From an uncultured delta proteobacterium (lineage in GTDB: Bacteria > Desulfobacterota > Desulfuromonadia > Geobacterales > DSM-12255), in NCBI GenBank assembly GCA_963787125.1, contig CAWBBV010000012.1:256001-320000 (forward strand): 64,000 nucleotides of DNA, read 5' to 3'. Below, piece by piece: positions 55,915-64,000 of this stretch. Position numbers and translations under genes: made by a program. The notes below the pieces were generated by a model. That model was not told the origin of the DNA. It worked only from the letters and a program-made list of their open reading frames with translations, and did not search any database. Positions within the stretch are counted from its first letter, which is position 1; each line of letters begins with the position of its first letter.

Positions 55915-57333
55915 TTATTCAGAACTTGCCAAACGTTTACTGAGTGTCTGCCGTGCTATACCAAGGAGCATTGCAGCGGATCTCTGATTACCACTGGAAA
56001 GATTCAATGCCGAAGCCGTCAAATAATCCTCCATTTCCTTTAAAGTCGGGAATCGACCGAAATAAGAGTAAAGGATGTCATCTACCTCTCTGCTCGGTGC
56101 CAATAAGGCTTTACTGGCATGATTACAATCATTACCGGCCAAACCGACAAAGCTCTCGATATTCAGTAGACCGGAGGTATGTCTGGCAACAGCATCAAAA
56201 ACCATGGCATGCAGTTCACGGACGTTCCCTTCAAAATGATAGGTAGACAGTAGAGCTGTAATCTCACGTGACGGAGTAGGCTTGGATCTATTCAGAGAAT
56301 TCGCCGCTTTTTCGAGAAAATGATCCAACAGGAAAGGAATGTCCTCCCGACGTTCTCGCAAAGGCGGAATTTGAATCTGGTGGGCACAAAGCCTGTAAAA
56401 GAGATCCTTGCGAAATTTATTGGCAGCAATAAGGGCAGGAAGATCCCGATTAGTGGCAACAATAAGACGGGCGTCGGTTTTCTTTATCACATCCGAACCA
56501 ACCGGGTAGAATTCCTGTTCCTGAATAAGGCGTAAGAGTTTAATCTGTGAAGTTTCGTTTAAATCGCCAATCTCGTCGAGAAACAGTGTTCCTCCTGCTG
56601 CTGTGCTGATTAGACCATCACGCGATTGATCTGCCCCGGTAAATGCACCTTTTTTATGGCCAAAAAGTGTGTCTGAAAACATGTTATCATCAAGTCCTGC
56701 CGCATTTACCGTGACAAAAGCCCCTTTCCTGCCACTCAACGTTCCTATTGCTTTGGCGATCAACTCCTTGCCTACACCGGTCTCACCAGTTACCAATATC
56801 GGTTGATCTGATTTGGCAATAACCTCGATATATTGAAATATTGCTCTCATTTTTTTACTGGTCGTTAAAATTGCATTGAATGCAGTCGGGTGCTTAAGTC
56901 TGTCTGTGAGCAGATACTCCCGCAATGAAAGATTTTCCCTGGATAATTCATTAACGTGAAGGGCATTTTCTACGCTTAGAAGCAGCCTCTCAACCTCTAC
57001 CGGCTTTGTCAGAAAATCAACTGCTCCGGTTTTGATACAATTAACCGCGGTCTCAATGTCATCGGATGAAGTCATGACGATTACCGGTATATGGGGATAA
57101 TCACGAATCAAAACCGGCAGAAGATCAAGCCCGGAGACATGCGGCATCATCAGATCAAGAATGATGATAGATACCGGATTGTCTTCAAGGAACTGAACGG
57201 TTTTTCTACTGTCACAAAGCGTCAATACATTGTTGACACCTTCACTCTCCAGGGCGGTGACCTGAATTTCAAGTAAAACTGCATCATCGTCTATCAATAA
57301 TATCGGTAATTGAGAGTTTATTTTTGCATGCAT
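55915..57333 (-). CDS. Sigma-54-dependent response regulator (REC-AAA+-HTH)
   Basis: IDDD, LDLMMP, TKP; GETGVGKE, GAFTGA, FLDEIG, FRKDLFYRL, GNVREL; Fis-type HTH. Confidence 0.92.
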   Translation of the reverse strand: MHAKINSQLPILLIDDDAVLLEIQVTALESEGVNNVLTLCDSRKTVQFLEDNPVSIIILDLMMPHVSGLDLLPVLIRDYPHIPVIVMTSSDDIETAVNCIKTGAVDFLTKPVEVERLLLSVENALHVNELSRENLSLREYLLTDRLKHPTAFNAILTTSKKMRAIFQYIEVIAKSDQPILVTGETGVGKELIAKAIGTLSGRKGAFVTVNAAGLDDNMFSDTLFGHKKGAFTGADQSRDGLISTAAGGTLFLDEIGDLNETSQIKLLRLIQEQEFYPVGSDVIKKTDARLIVATNRDLPALIAANKFRKDLFYRLCAHQIQIPPLRERREDIPFLLDHFLEKAANSLNRSKPTPSREITALLSTYHFEGNVRELHAMVFDAVARHTSGLLNIESFVGLAGNDCNHASKALLAPSREVDDILYSYFGRFPTLKEMEDYLTASALNLSSGNQRSAAMLLGIARQTLSKRLASSE

Positions 57334-57355
57334 GAGAATCTCCTCTTTTGAGCCA

Positions 57356-58780
57356 TCAGGAAACTGCCGGGATTGATTTCAACCGCTTACTGATAGTTTG
57401 GCGAGTTACTCCAAGAATTGAAGCGGCAACAGCATAATTACCGTCAGAAAGCTTCAATGCCTCCACTATCAGATAATCCTCAATCTCGCGGAATGTTGGC
57501 AGTCTGCCATATAGACTGTAGATGCCAATAGCACCTGCGGAACTTTTTGATGCCTGACTTGAGGAAGACTGCTGCGTAGCAGCTACTAAAACACCCGGGA
57601 AATCATCAATAGAAAGTATATCGTCATTATGTCGGGCAACGGCATCACTGATCCTGGCCTGAAGTTCTCTCACATTTCCAGGAAAATCATATGCTGTGAG
57701 TGCCTGCATAAGTTCCGGCGATACAACAGGGACGATCATTCCAAAACGGTCAGCTGCTTCTTTCACAAAGGTTTCAACCAAAAGCGGAATATCTTCGCAG
57801 CGTTCGCGGAGGCTGGGAATTTGAATCTGATGGGTGCAGAGCCGATAAAAAAGATCACGACGAAAACGTCCTTCTTTAATACGCTGGGGCAGATTTACAT
57901 TTGTTGCCAGAATTATTCTGGCGTAACTTGCTTTTACCTGATCAGAACCTACCGGGTAAAACTCCCTTTCCTGCAGCAGACGGAGCAGTTTGACCTGAGA
58001 CAATTCATTCAAGTCACCAATCTCGTCAAGAAAAAGTGTCCCCATTGCAGCCTTGCTTACAAGCCCATCCCGGTACTGATCCGCACCGGTAAAGGCACCT
58101 TTCTTATGGCCGAATAAAGTATCGGAAAACATGGCATCATCAAGCCCGGCAACGTTTATGGTAACAAACTGGCCCCTGACACCGCTTATCCTGTGTATAG
58201 CCTTGGCAAACAGCTCTTTGCCGACCCCGGTCTCGCCGGTAATCAACACTGCTTGAGGCGAACAGGCAACTACTTCGGTGTATTGAAAGATTGACCGCAT
58301 TTTCCTGCTTGACGTTTTTATCTCGGTAAAGGCCTCTGCATGCTCTAGGCGATCATTAAGCAAATATTCCTTCAATGATGAGAGTTCTAATTGCGAGGAT
58401 TCAATATTCAGAGCATTTTCGATCGCTCTGAGGAGATGTGCCGGCTCAAAAGGTCTTATCATGTAGTCGACAGCTCCTGCTTTCATGCAGTTTACCGCCA
58501 TTTCCGCATCGCTGGATTCCGTCTGAACAATAACCTGCAAATTCGGATATTCCGTATTTATTCGTGTGAGTAATCCGGCTTTATTTAACTCTGGAGTCAT
58601 ATCGAGAAGTATCAGGGAAATATTATTCTCTTCCAGAAAAGGCAGGGTGGCTCGACTATCTTCAAGAGCTACAACGGTGGTTATACGAGCATTTTGTAGC
58701 AGCATCCGTGTATTGGCTAATGCTTTGGAATCGTCACAGACAATCAAAATATTACGTGTACTTTCGGTTGTTTTTGACAT
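57356..58780 (-). CDS. Sigma-54-dependent regulator (atypical REC-AAA+-HTH), paralog of 55915-57333
   Basis: GETGVGKE, GAFTGA, FLDEIG, FRRDLFYRL, PGNVREL; REC reads VCDD, LLDMTP, MIRP. Confidence 0.9.
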   Translation of the reverse strand: MSKTTESTRNILIVCDDSKALANTRMLLQNARITTVVALEDSRATLPFLEENNISLILLDMTPELNKAGLLTRINTEYPNLQVIVQTESSDAEMAVNCMKAGAVDYMIRPFEPAHLLRAIENALNIESSQLELSSLKEYLLNDRLEHAEAFTEIKTSSRKMRSIFQYTEVVACSPQAVLITGETGVGKELFAKAIHRISGVRGQFVTINVAGLDDAMFSDTLFGHKKGAFTGADQYRDGLVSKAAMGTLFLDEIGDLNELSQVKLLRLLQEREFYPVGSDQVKASYARIILATNVNLPQRIKEGRFRRDLFYRLCTHQIQIPSLRERCEDIPLLVETFVKEAADRFGMIVPVVSPELMQALTAYDFPGNVRELQARISDAVARHNDDILSIDDFPGVLVAATQQSSSSQASKSSAGAIGIYSLYGRLPTFREIEDYLIVEALKLSDGNYAVAASILGVTRQTISKRLKSIPAVS

Positions 58781-59225
58781 CGTGGAGCCCTTATTCCCCT
58801 TCAGGATAATGATTTATAAATACCTCTCCAGTTAAAATTGTCAACAATAAGTTTAAACTGTTTAATTATAGCAATCACACATTATCGACAGTTACAGGTT
58901 GTCAAGATGCTTAATCTGAGAAAAAGCACAAGCCCCTATAAGCAGGATAATTGTGATAACGCAGCCATTTAATGCCTTATTCGCCCAGGGAACAGCTTAT
59001 ATTTTACGAACATATTCATTCAGATTTTTGATTTCCTGAATACAAGGCTCCAATAATAACAACTGCAGATTTTATTAACATTCCTTATAAGCGGCATTTT
59101 CAGTGACAATCCATAGATTTATAGAAGTACACACAAAGTTCAAAGTAACAATCTTCACAGCTCAATAAAACGGTGCGTAGGCTTTAACTCGGCATTATCA
59201 GTAATGATTCTCGGTTCCGGTCAAC

Positions 59226-59241
59226 TGGCATGAATTATGAT
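59226..59241 (+). promoter_or_regulatory. Sigma-54 promoter candidate (TGGCAT-GAATT-ATGAT)
   Basis: -24 box 36 bp upstream of xrtA; variant -12. Confidence 0.5.
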
Positions 59242-59277
59242 ATTAGCGTAAGTCAATATACTACTTTTTAACTGCGG

Positions 59278-60123
59278 GTGACTTGGATGACATTTTCAGA
59301 ATCACTTCAAAGCTACCGTTATGAACTGTTTCTGGCAACCACACTTCTGTTTGTGCTCTATAGCTCCATCATCTCTGAAATGGTGTCCGACTGGTGGCAC
59401 GACGACAACTATTCCCACGGCTTTCTTGTGCCGATTATTGCCGGCTACTTTATTCGTGAGCGTTGGGATGATCTCAAAGCTACCGCAGTAACACCGTCAA
59501 ATACAGGCCTTGTCGTGATTATTGCAGCCCTTTTGCAGCTGCTCATAGCAACTCTTGGCAATGAATATTTTACTGCCCGCTCCTCGCTGGTGGTTCTGCT
59601 TGCAGGGATGGTTCTCTACTTTTTCGGGGTTGAGGTTTTCAAACTGACCCGTATGCCGGTTCTCTATCTTCTGTTCATGGTGCCCCTCCCCTACATCGTC
59701 TACAACGCAGTTGCGTTACCGTTAAAGATGTTTGTCAGCGTGATTTCAGTTGGCTTCTTGAAATTGATCGGTCTATCCGTAGTCCGTGAAGGAACCATTA
59801 TCATGTTTCCGAGCATCACACTTGAGGTCGCTGACGCCTGCAGCGGCATGAGGTCAATGCTTTCTATTCTTGCCATCAGCACGGCCTATGCGTTTTTTCT
59901 GCAAATTTCGCAAGTAAAGCGCTGGATCATAATAACTTCCGCCATCATTATCGCCATAGCTACCAATGTCATGCGGATAGTTATTACCGGTATCCTCGCG
60001 GATCACAGTGGCGCTTCTGCAGCTCAAGGATTCTTTCATGAATTTGCAGGCATATCGGTTTTTGCCATTGCAATTCTGCTTTTGGGAGGATTAGGAATGC
60101 TGCTGCGCGAGAAAACATTATGA
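59278..60123 (+). CDS. xrtA: Exosortase A
   Basis: NYSHGFLVP, FMVPLP, VADACSGMRS (Cys), NVMRI (Arg), FFHEF (His); multiple TM segments. Confidence 0.92.
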   Translation: MTWMTFSESLQSYRYELFLATTLLFVLYSSIISEMVSDWWHDDNYSHGFLVPIIAGYFIRERWDDLKATAVTPSNTGLVVIIAALLQLLIATLGNEYFTARSSLVVLLAGMVLYFFGVEVFKLTRMPVLYLLFMVPLPYIVYNAVALPLKMFVSVISVGFLKLIGLSVVREGTIIMFPSITLEVADACSGMRSMLSILAISTAYAFFLQISQVKRWIIITSAIIIAIATNVMRIVITGILADHSGASAAQGFFHEFAGISVFAIAILLLGGLGMLLREKTL

Positions 60124-60752
60124 CAAAAAGAATCAGATTCGCCATTTTCTATCTATTGCTTTCACTGACATGGGTCTGCCTCTACCTGCCGTCCAGTGCT
60201 GCTGCTCCTGTTATCGCCCCACTTGCTGGATTTCCAACTGTCTGCAAGGAGTGGCGCATGATTTCACAAGCACACTTCGATGCAGAGGTTCTTTCTGTGC
60301 TAAAGCCGACCGATTACCTTTCACGCGAATACGAGGGTGCAGGCGGCAAGCGCATTCAGCTTTATATCGGTTACCACGATGGCAGCAAGAAAAGCGGCCA
60401 AATACATTCTCCGAGGAACTGTCTCCCTGGCAGCGGTTGGCAACAACTATCCAGTGAACAGATTTATCTTGGAGAAGCGCCCCGCAGAATAAAGCTGGTA
60501 AAAGCTGTCTACCAGAAAGGTGATAACAGGGAGCTGTTCCTTTACTGGTTCCAGATGCGGGATAGATCCTTTGCAGATGAATATTCATTGAAACTAGCCG
60601 GGATCTCCAGTTCCATAAAACTTGGTAGAAATGATGCTTCCTTTATCCGCGTTTCTGTTCCGTTCGCTACAGATGAAAAAGAGGCGGCGGAAAAAGGGAT
60701 CAGCTTTATTAATGACATTTATCCACATCTCAGGTCTTTTCTTCCGGCCTAG
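60120..60752 (+). CDS. epsI: EpsI-family exosortase-associated protein
   Basis: DYLSREY, LYIGYH, IHSPRNCLPGSGW, YWFQ, FIRVS. Confidence 0.9.
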   Translation: MTKRIRFAIFYLLLSLTWVCLYLPSSAAAPVIAPLAGFPTVCKEWRMISQAHFDAEVLSVLKPTDYLSREYEGAGGKRIQLYIGYHDGSKKSGQIHSPRNCLPGSGWQQLSSEQIYLGEAPRRIKLVKAVYQKGDNRELFLYWFQMRDRSFADEYSLKLAGISSSIKLGRNDASFIRVSVPFATDEKEAAEKGISFINDIYPHLRSFLPA

Positions 60753-60776
60753 ATTATCTGTCAAAGAGGTGTCAAT

Positions 60777-62063
60777 TTGAGCACTCATAGAAACGTTTCG
60801 GTTATAGGTCTTGGTTATGTGGGTCTACCTGTTGCGGTTGCCTTCGGCAATGAAGGAAAAACCATTGGCTATGACATTAATGCTACTCGTATCGCTGAAC
60901 TTAAGCGTAATCACGACCGGACAGGTGAAATTGGAGAGGATGAACTTGTCGCCACCGACATACACTACACCACCAGCATTAAAGAATTGAAAAAGGCCGA
61001 CTTTCACATCGTAGCTGTGCCGACACCGGTCAACGACGCCAATCAGCCTGACCTTTCCCTCCTGTTACTGGCTTCAAAAGCGGCCGGCAGAGCTCTTAAA
61101 AAAGGGGATATCGTTGTTTACGAATCAACCGTATATCCGGGTGCTACAGAAGAAGAGTGCCTTCCGGTTCTTGAAAGGGAGTCAGGACTTATCTGCGGCC
61201 GCGATTTCAAGATCGGTTACAGCCCGGAAAGGATCAACCCGGGCGACAAGGAGCACAGTTTTACACGCATTAAAAAAGTCGTTTCCGGCCAGGACGAAGA
61301 GTCGCTGAATATAATCGCCAGAACCTACGAAAGAGTTGTTACCGCGGGTGTACACCGTGCGCCAAGCATTATGGTGGCTGAGGCTGCCAAAGTGATTGAA
61401 AACACACAGCGTGACCTGAATATCGCCTTAATGAATGAGCTGGCGCTTATTTTCGACCGATTAGGCATCGACACTGGCGATGTCCTTGAAGCAGCCGGCT
61501 CAAAGTGGAATTTTCTGCCATTCAAGCCAGGTTTGGTTGGCGGTCATTGCATCGGGGTGGATCCATACTATCTTACTCACAAGGCAGAAAAAATCTCCTA
61601 CATCCCTCAGGTTATTCTGGCTGGTAGAAGGATCAACGACGGCATGGGAAAGTTTATTGCCCAGCGCACAATCAAGGAGATGATTCATGCCGGCCACTTC
61701 ATCTCAGGAAGCACTGTCACCGTTCTGGGAATGACGTTCAAGGAGAACTGCCCGGATTTACGCAACTCCAAGGTTGTTGATATTATCCGCGAACTAGAGG
61801 AGTACGGCATAAATGTCCAGGTCCATGACCCTTTGGCTGACCCGAAAGAAGCAATGCGGGAATATGGCATTTCACTTCTCAAACTCGATGATTTGAAGCC
61901 GGCAGCTGCTTTGATCTCAGCAGTCGCCCATGATCTTTATCTGCGTTGGTCAATACCGGAGCTGCTGTTTCTGCTGGAGGATAACCCTGTGATGATTGAC
62001 GTAAAGGGAATATTAGACCAAGTGGCTCTGCGCAGTGCCGGAGTTAGAGTATGGCGACTTTAA
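60777..62063 (+). CDS. UDP-N-acetylhexosamine 6-dehydrogenase (WbpO/TviB-like)
   Basis: GLGYVGLP, VPTP, ESTVYPG, SPERINPGD, KVIENTQRD, GGHCIGVDPY, FKENCPD.RNS. Confidence 0.92.
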   Translation: MSTHRNVSVIGLGYVGLPVAVAFGNEGKTIGYDINATRIAELKRNHDRTGEIGEDELVATDIHYTTSIKELKKADFHIVAVPTPVNDANQPDLSLLLLASKAAGRALKKGDIVVYESTVYPGATEEECLPVLERESGLICGRDFKIGYSPERINPGDKEHSFTRIKKVVSGQDEESLNIIARTYERVVTAGVHRAPSIMVAEAAKVIENTQRDLNIALMNELALIFDRLGIDTGDVLEAAGSKWNFLPFKPGLVGGHCIGVDPYYLTHKAEKISYIPQVILAGRRINDGMGKFIAQRTIKEMIHAGHFISGSTVTVLGMTFKENCPDLRNSKVVDIIRELEEYGINVQVHDPLADPKEAMREYGISLLKLDDLKPAAALISAVAHDLYLRWSIPELLFLLEDNPVMIDVKGILDQVALRSAGVRVWRL

Positions 62064-62084
62064 TAAATCTGAAAAAGGCTCAAT

Positions 62085-63140
62085 ATGACCGCATACAATG
62101 ACTTAAAGAACAAAATGCAAATTGCACCAAACAGGTGGTTGATTACGGGCGTAGCCGGCTTTATCGGCTCAAACCTGCTTGAAGAGCTGCTCCTCCTTGA
62201 CCAGCACGTAGTGGGGCTTGATAATTTTTCAACCGGGAAATTGAAAAACCTTGCAGATGTTAAGTCACTCGTCGGTGCTTCACACTGGCAGAATTTCGAC
62301 TTTATTGAAGGCGATATACGTGATCTCAACAAATGTCATGCCGCTTGCGAAGGGATAGACATTATTCTCCATCAGGCAGCTCTCGGCTCGGTGCCGCGTT
62401 CGATTGAGGACCCACTTGGCTGTAATGACAATAATGTTAACGGCACCCTAAATATGCTCAAGGCAGCCAGTGACAAGAAAGTCAAACGAATGGTTTATGC
62501 CAGCAGCAGCGCCGTTTATGGTGATCAACCCGATCTCCCGAAAGTTGAAGGTGTTACCGGTAACCCACTGTCTCCGTATGCAGTCAGTAAAAAAGTGAAT
62601 GAACTATATGCCCGGGTTTTCTCTGAACTGTACGGAGTTGAAACTGTTGGGCTCCGTTACTTTAACGTCTTTGGTCCGAGGCAGGATCCGGAAGGTGCTT
62701 ATGCTGCGGTAATACCCCGCTGGATAGCGGCGTTATGTTCCGGTGATACCGTATATATCAATGGAACCGGCGAAACGAGTCGGGATTTCTGCTATATAAA
62801 GAATGTTGTGCAGGCAAATCTCCTGTCGGCCCTCACTGAAAACAAACAGGCGTTAAACGAAGTTTATAATGTTGCCGTTGACACGCGTACCAGCCTGAAT
62901 AGCCTCTATTTTATGCTTAAAGAGCGCCTTCTTCCCCACCACAAGCACCTCGCTGACTGCAAACCGGTTTTTAGAGATTTCAGGGCAGGAGACGTGCTTC
63001 ACTCACAGGCGGACATCAGTAAGGCAAAGCGGCTTCTCGGCTATGCTGCAAGCCACTCCATAGAACAGGGACTTGATGTTGCGATGGAATGGTATTTAAA
63101 ACATCTGTCAGGTGAAAACGAACGGGCTCTTAAATGCTAA
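62085..63140 (+). CDS. UDP-GlcNAc(A) 4-epimerase (WbpP/TviC-like SDR)
   Basis: WLITGVAGFIGSNL, HQAALGSVPRS, ASSS, YAVSK, RYFNVFG.RQDP.GAYAAVIP. Confidence 0.92.
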   Translation: MTAYNDLKNKMQIAPNRWLITGVAGFIGSNLLEELLLLDQHVVGLDNFSTGKLKNLADVKSLVGASHWQNFDFIEGDIRDLNKCHAACEGIDIILHQAALGSVPRSIEDPLGCNDNNVNGTLNMLKAASDKKVKRMVYASSSAVYGDQPDLPKVEGVTGNPLSPYAVSKKVNELYARVFSELYGVETVGLRYFNVFGPRQDPEGAYAAVIPRWIAALCSGDTVYINGTGETSRDFCYIKNVVQANLLSALTENKQALNEVYNVAVDTRTSLNSLYFMLKERLLPHHKHLADCKPVFRDFRAGDVLHSQADISKAKRLLGYAASHSIEQGLDVAMEWYLKHLSGENERALKC

Positions 63141-64000
63141 TTGCATTATCCATAACAGCTATCCTTGTTGCGACCATCTTTCCACTCTATTTCGGATTAC
63201 GGAAAGAGACCGCTTCCCTGCCGTTGCCGCTCATCATTGCACTCTTGCTGGCTGCGCTTCTGGAAGTATTTGAGGTTTATACTCTGACCAATCCGGAGCA
63301 AATATACCTCTGGAAAAAGTTTTCACTGACTACTGAAGCAATGCTATTTCCCGTCTGGTTGTGGTTCACCATAACCTTCACAAGACAAACGGAAACGCTT
63401 AGGCTCTCTATTCACCTCAAACTCTTGCTGGCAACTTCACCTCTTCTGGTAATATTTGCGCTGCTGTTACCAATTAACTCCTTTGTTTACTCGCCGGATT
63501 TTGCCACGGAAAAGATCCTTTTTCTCGGCAATAACGGTTTCATATTTTACCTGCTGTCTCTTGTCTACCTGCTTGCCGCCCTGATACAGCTTGAACAGGT
63601 ACTGGCGCACACTGACCGAACTTCACGGTGGAAGATCAAGTTTGAGCTACTGGGAGCAGGTACATTTCTCGCCTTTTTAACTATTTACTATAGTCAGGCC
63701 CTGCTCTTTCGAACAATCAACATGCAGTTGGCACCCCTACGCTCTATAGTCATGATAGTCGCCGTTGCAATGATGTTCTATTCGCGATTAAGGCGGGGCA
63801 GCAACGTCACTATTCACGTTTCACAGCAGATTGCCTGTAAGTCTGTGGTTCTTTTGGCTGTTGGGCTTTACATAATTTATCTCGGTGTTGTCGGCGAAGG
63901 GATGAAATATTTCGGGAGCGGTTTTCAACATGCAATGATTATTGCGCTGCTATTTTTCAGCGGGCTCGGTCTCTTCATTATGCTCCTTTCCGAGACTGTC
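63134..64000 (+). CDS. prsK: PEP-CTERM system histidine kinase, N-terminal membrane region, runs off window edge
   Basis: Not in ORF track. Manual translation from ATG 63134: MLIALSITAILV...LEQVLAHTDRTSRWKIKFELLGAG..IYYSQALLFRTI; multi-TM; xrtA operon context. Kinase domain lies outside the window. Confidence 0.75.
   Translation, partial: MLIALSITAILVATIFPLYFGLRKETASLPLPLIIALLLAALLEVFEVYTLTNPEQIYLWKKFSLTTEAMLFPVWLWFTITFTRQTETLRLSIHLKLLLATSPLLVIFALLLPINSFVYSPDFATEKILFLGNNGFIFYLLSLVYLLAALIQLEQVLAHTDRTSRWKIKFELLGAGTFLAFLTIYYSQALLFRTINMQLAPLRSIVMIVAVAMMFYSRLRRGSNVTIHVSQQIACKSVVLLAVGLYIIYLGVVGEGMKYFGSGFQHAMIIALLFFSGLGLFIMLLSETV

Noticed and set aside
1..64000. rRNA, tRNA, CRISPR arrays, canonical parS sites, prophage genes
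   Set aside because: None recognised by eye; tRNAscan-SE and Infernal were not run.

Overview
Bacterial chromosomal DNA, most consistent with a Geobacteraceae/Desulfuromonadia member (GSU3473-family gene, exosortase A system, many sigma-54 promoters). Left to right: the 5' part of an MmeI-like type IIL restriction-modification gene and an orphan parB; a four-gene group 3b [NiFe] (sulf)hydrogenase operon; a B12-radical SAM gene with a frameshifted lipoprotein lipase; an unexplained structured non-coding segment (8.9-9.2 kb); two paralogous STAS genes, an APH/AAA kinase, and a GlgC homologue flanked by two Cys-rich mini-proteins; two PAS kinases; then a large PEP-CTERM/XrtA exopolysaccharide locus (GT2s, three large secreted carbohydrate-active proteins, aminotransferase, GNATs, Wzm/Wzt, deacetylase, OM barrel, ATPase, Wzc/Wzz/Wza, priming transferase, prsT; xrtA, epsI, UDP-HexNAc dehydrogenase and epimerase, prsK). 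The locus is interrupted by an IS6-like element and split by a 10-kb signalling block (REC-PAS-GGDEF, Crp, PilZ, hybrid kinase, degenerate GlmS, two tandem NtrC-type activators). Most notable: two apparent pseudoenzymes of sugar-precursor metabolism (GlgC with catalytic Lys->Thr; GlmS isomerase domain with the active site eroded), each paired with Cys-rich mini-proteins behind sigma-54-like promoters; a seven-site sigma-54 promoter set in two classes; a pseudoknot-capable ~155-nt candidate RNA; and a transposase split at an A_AAA_AAG -1 slippery site. All calls come from reading motifs by eye; no searches were run.
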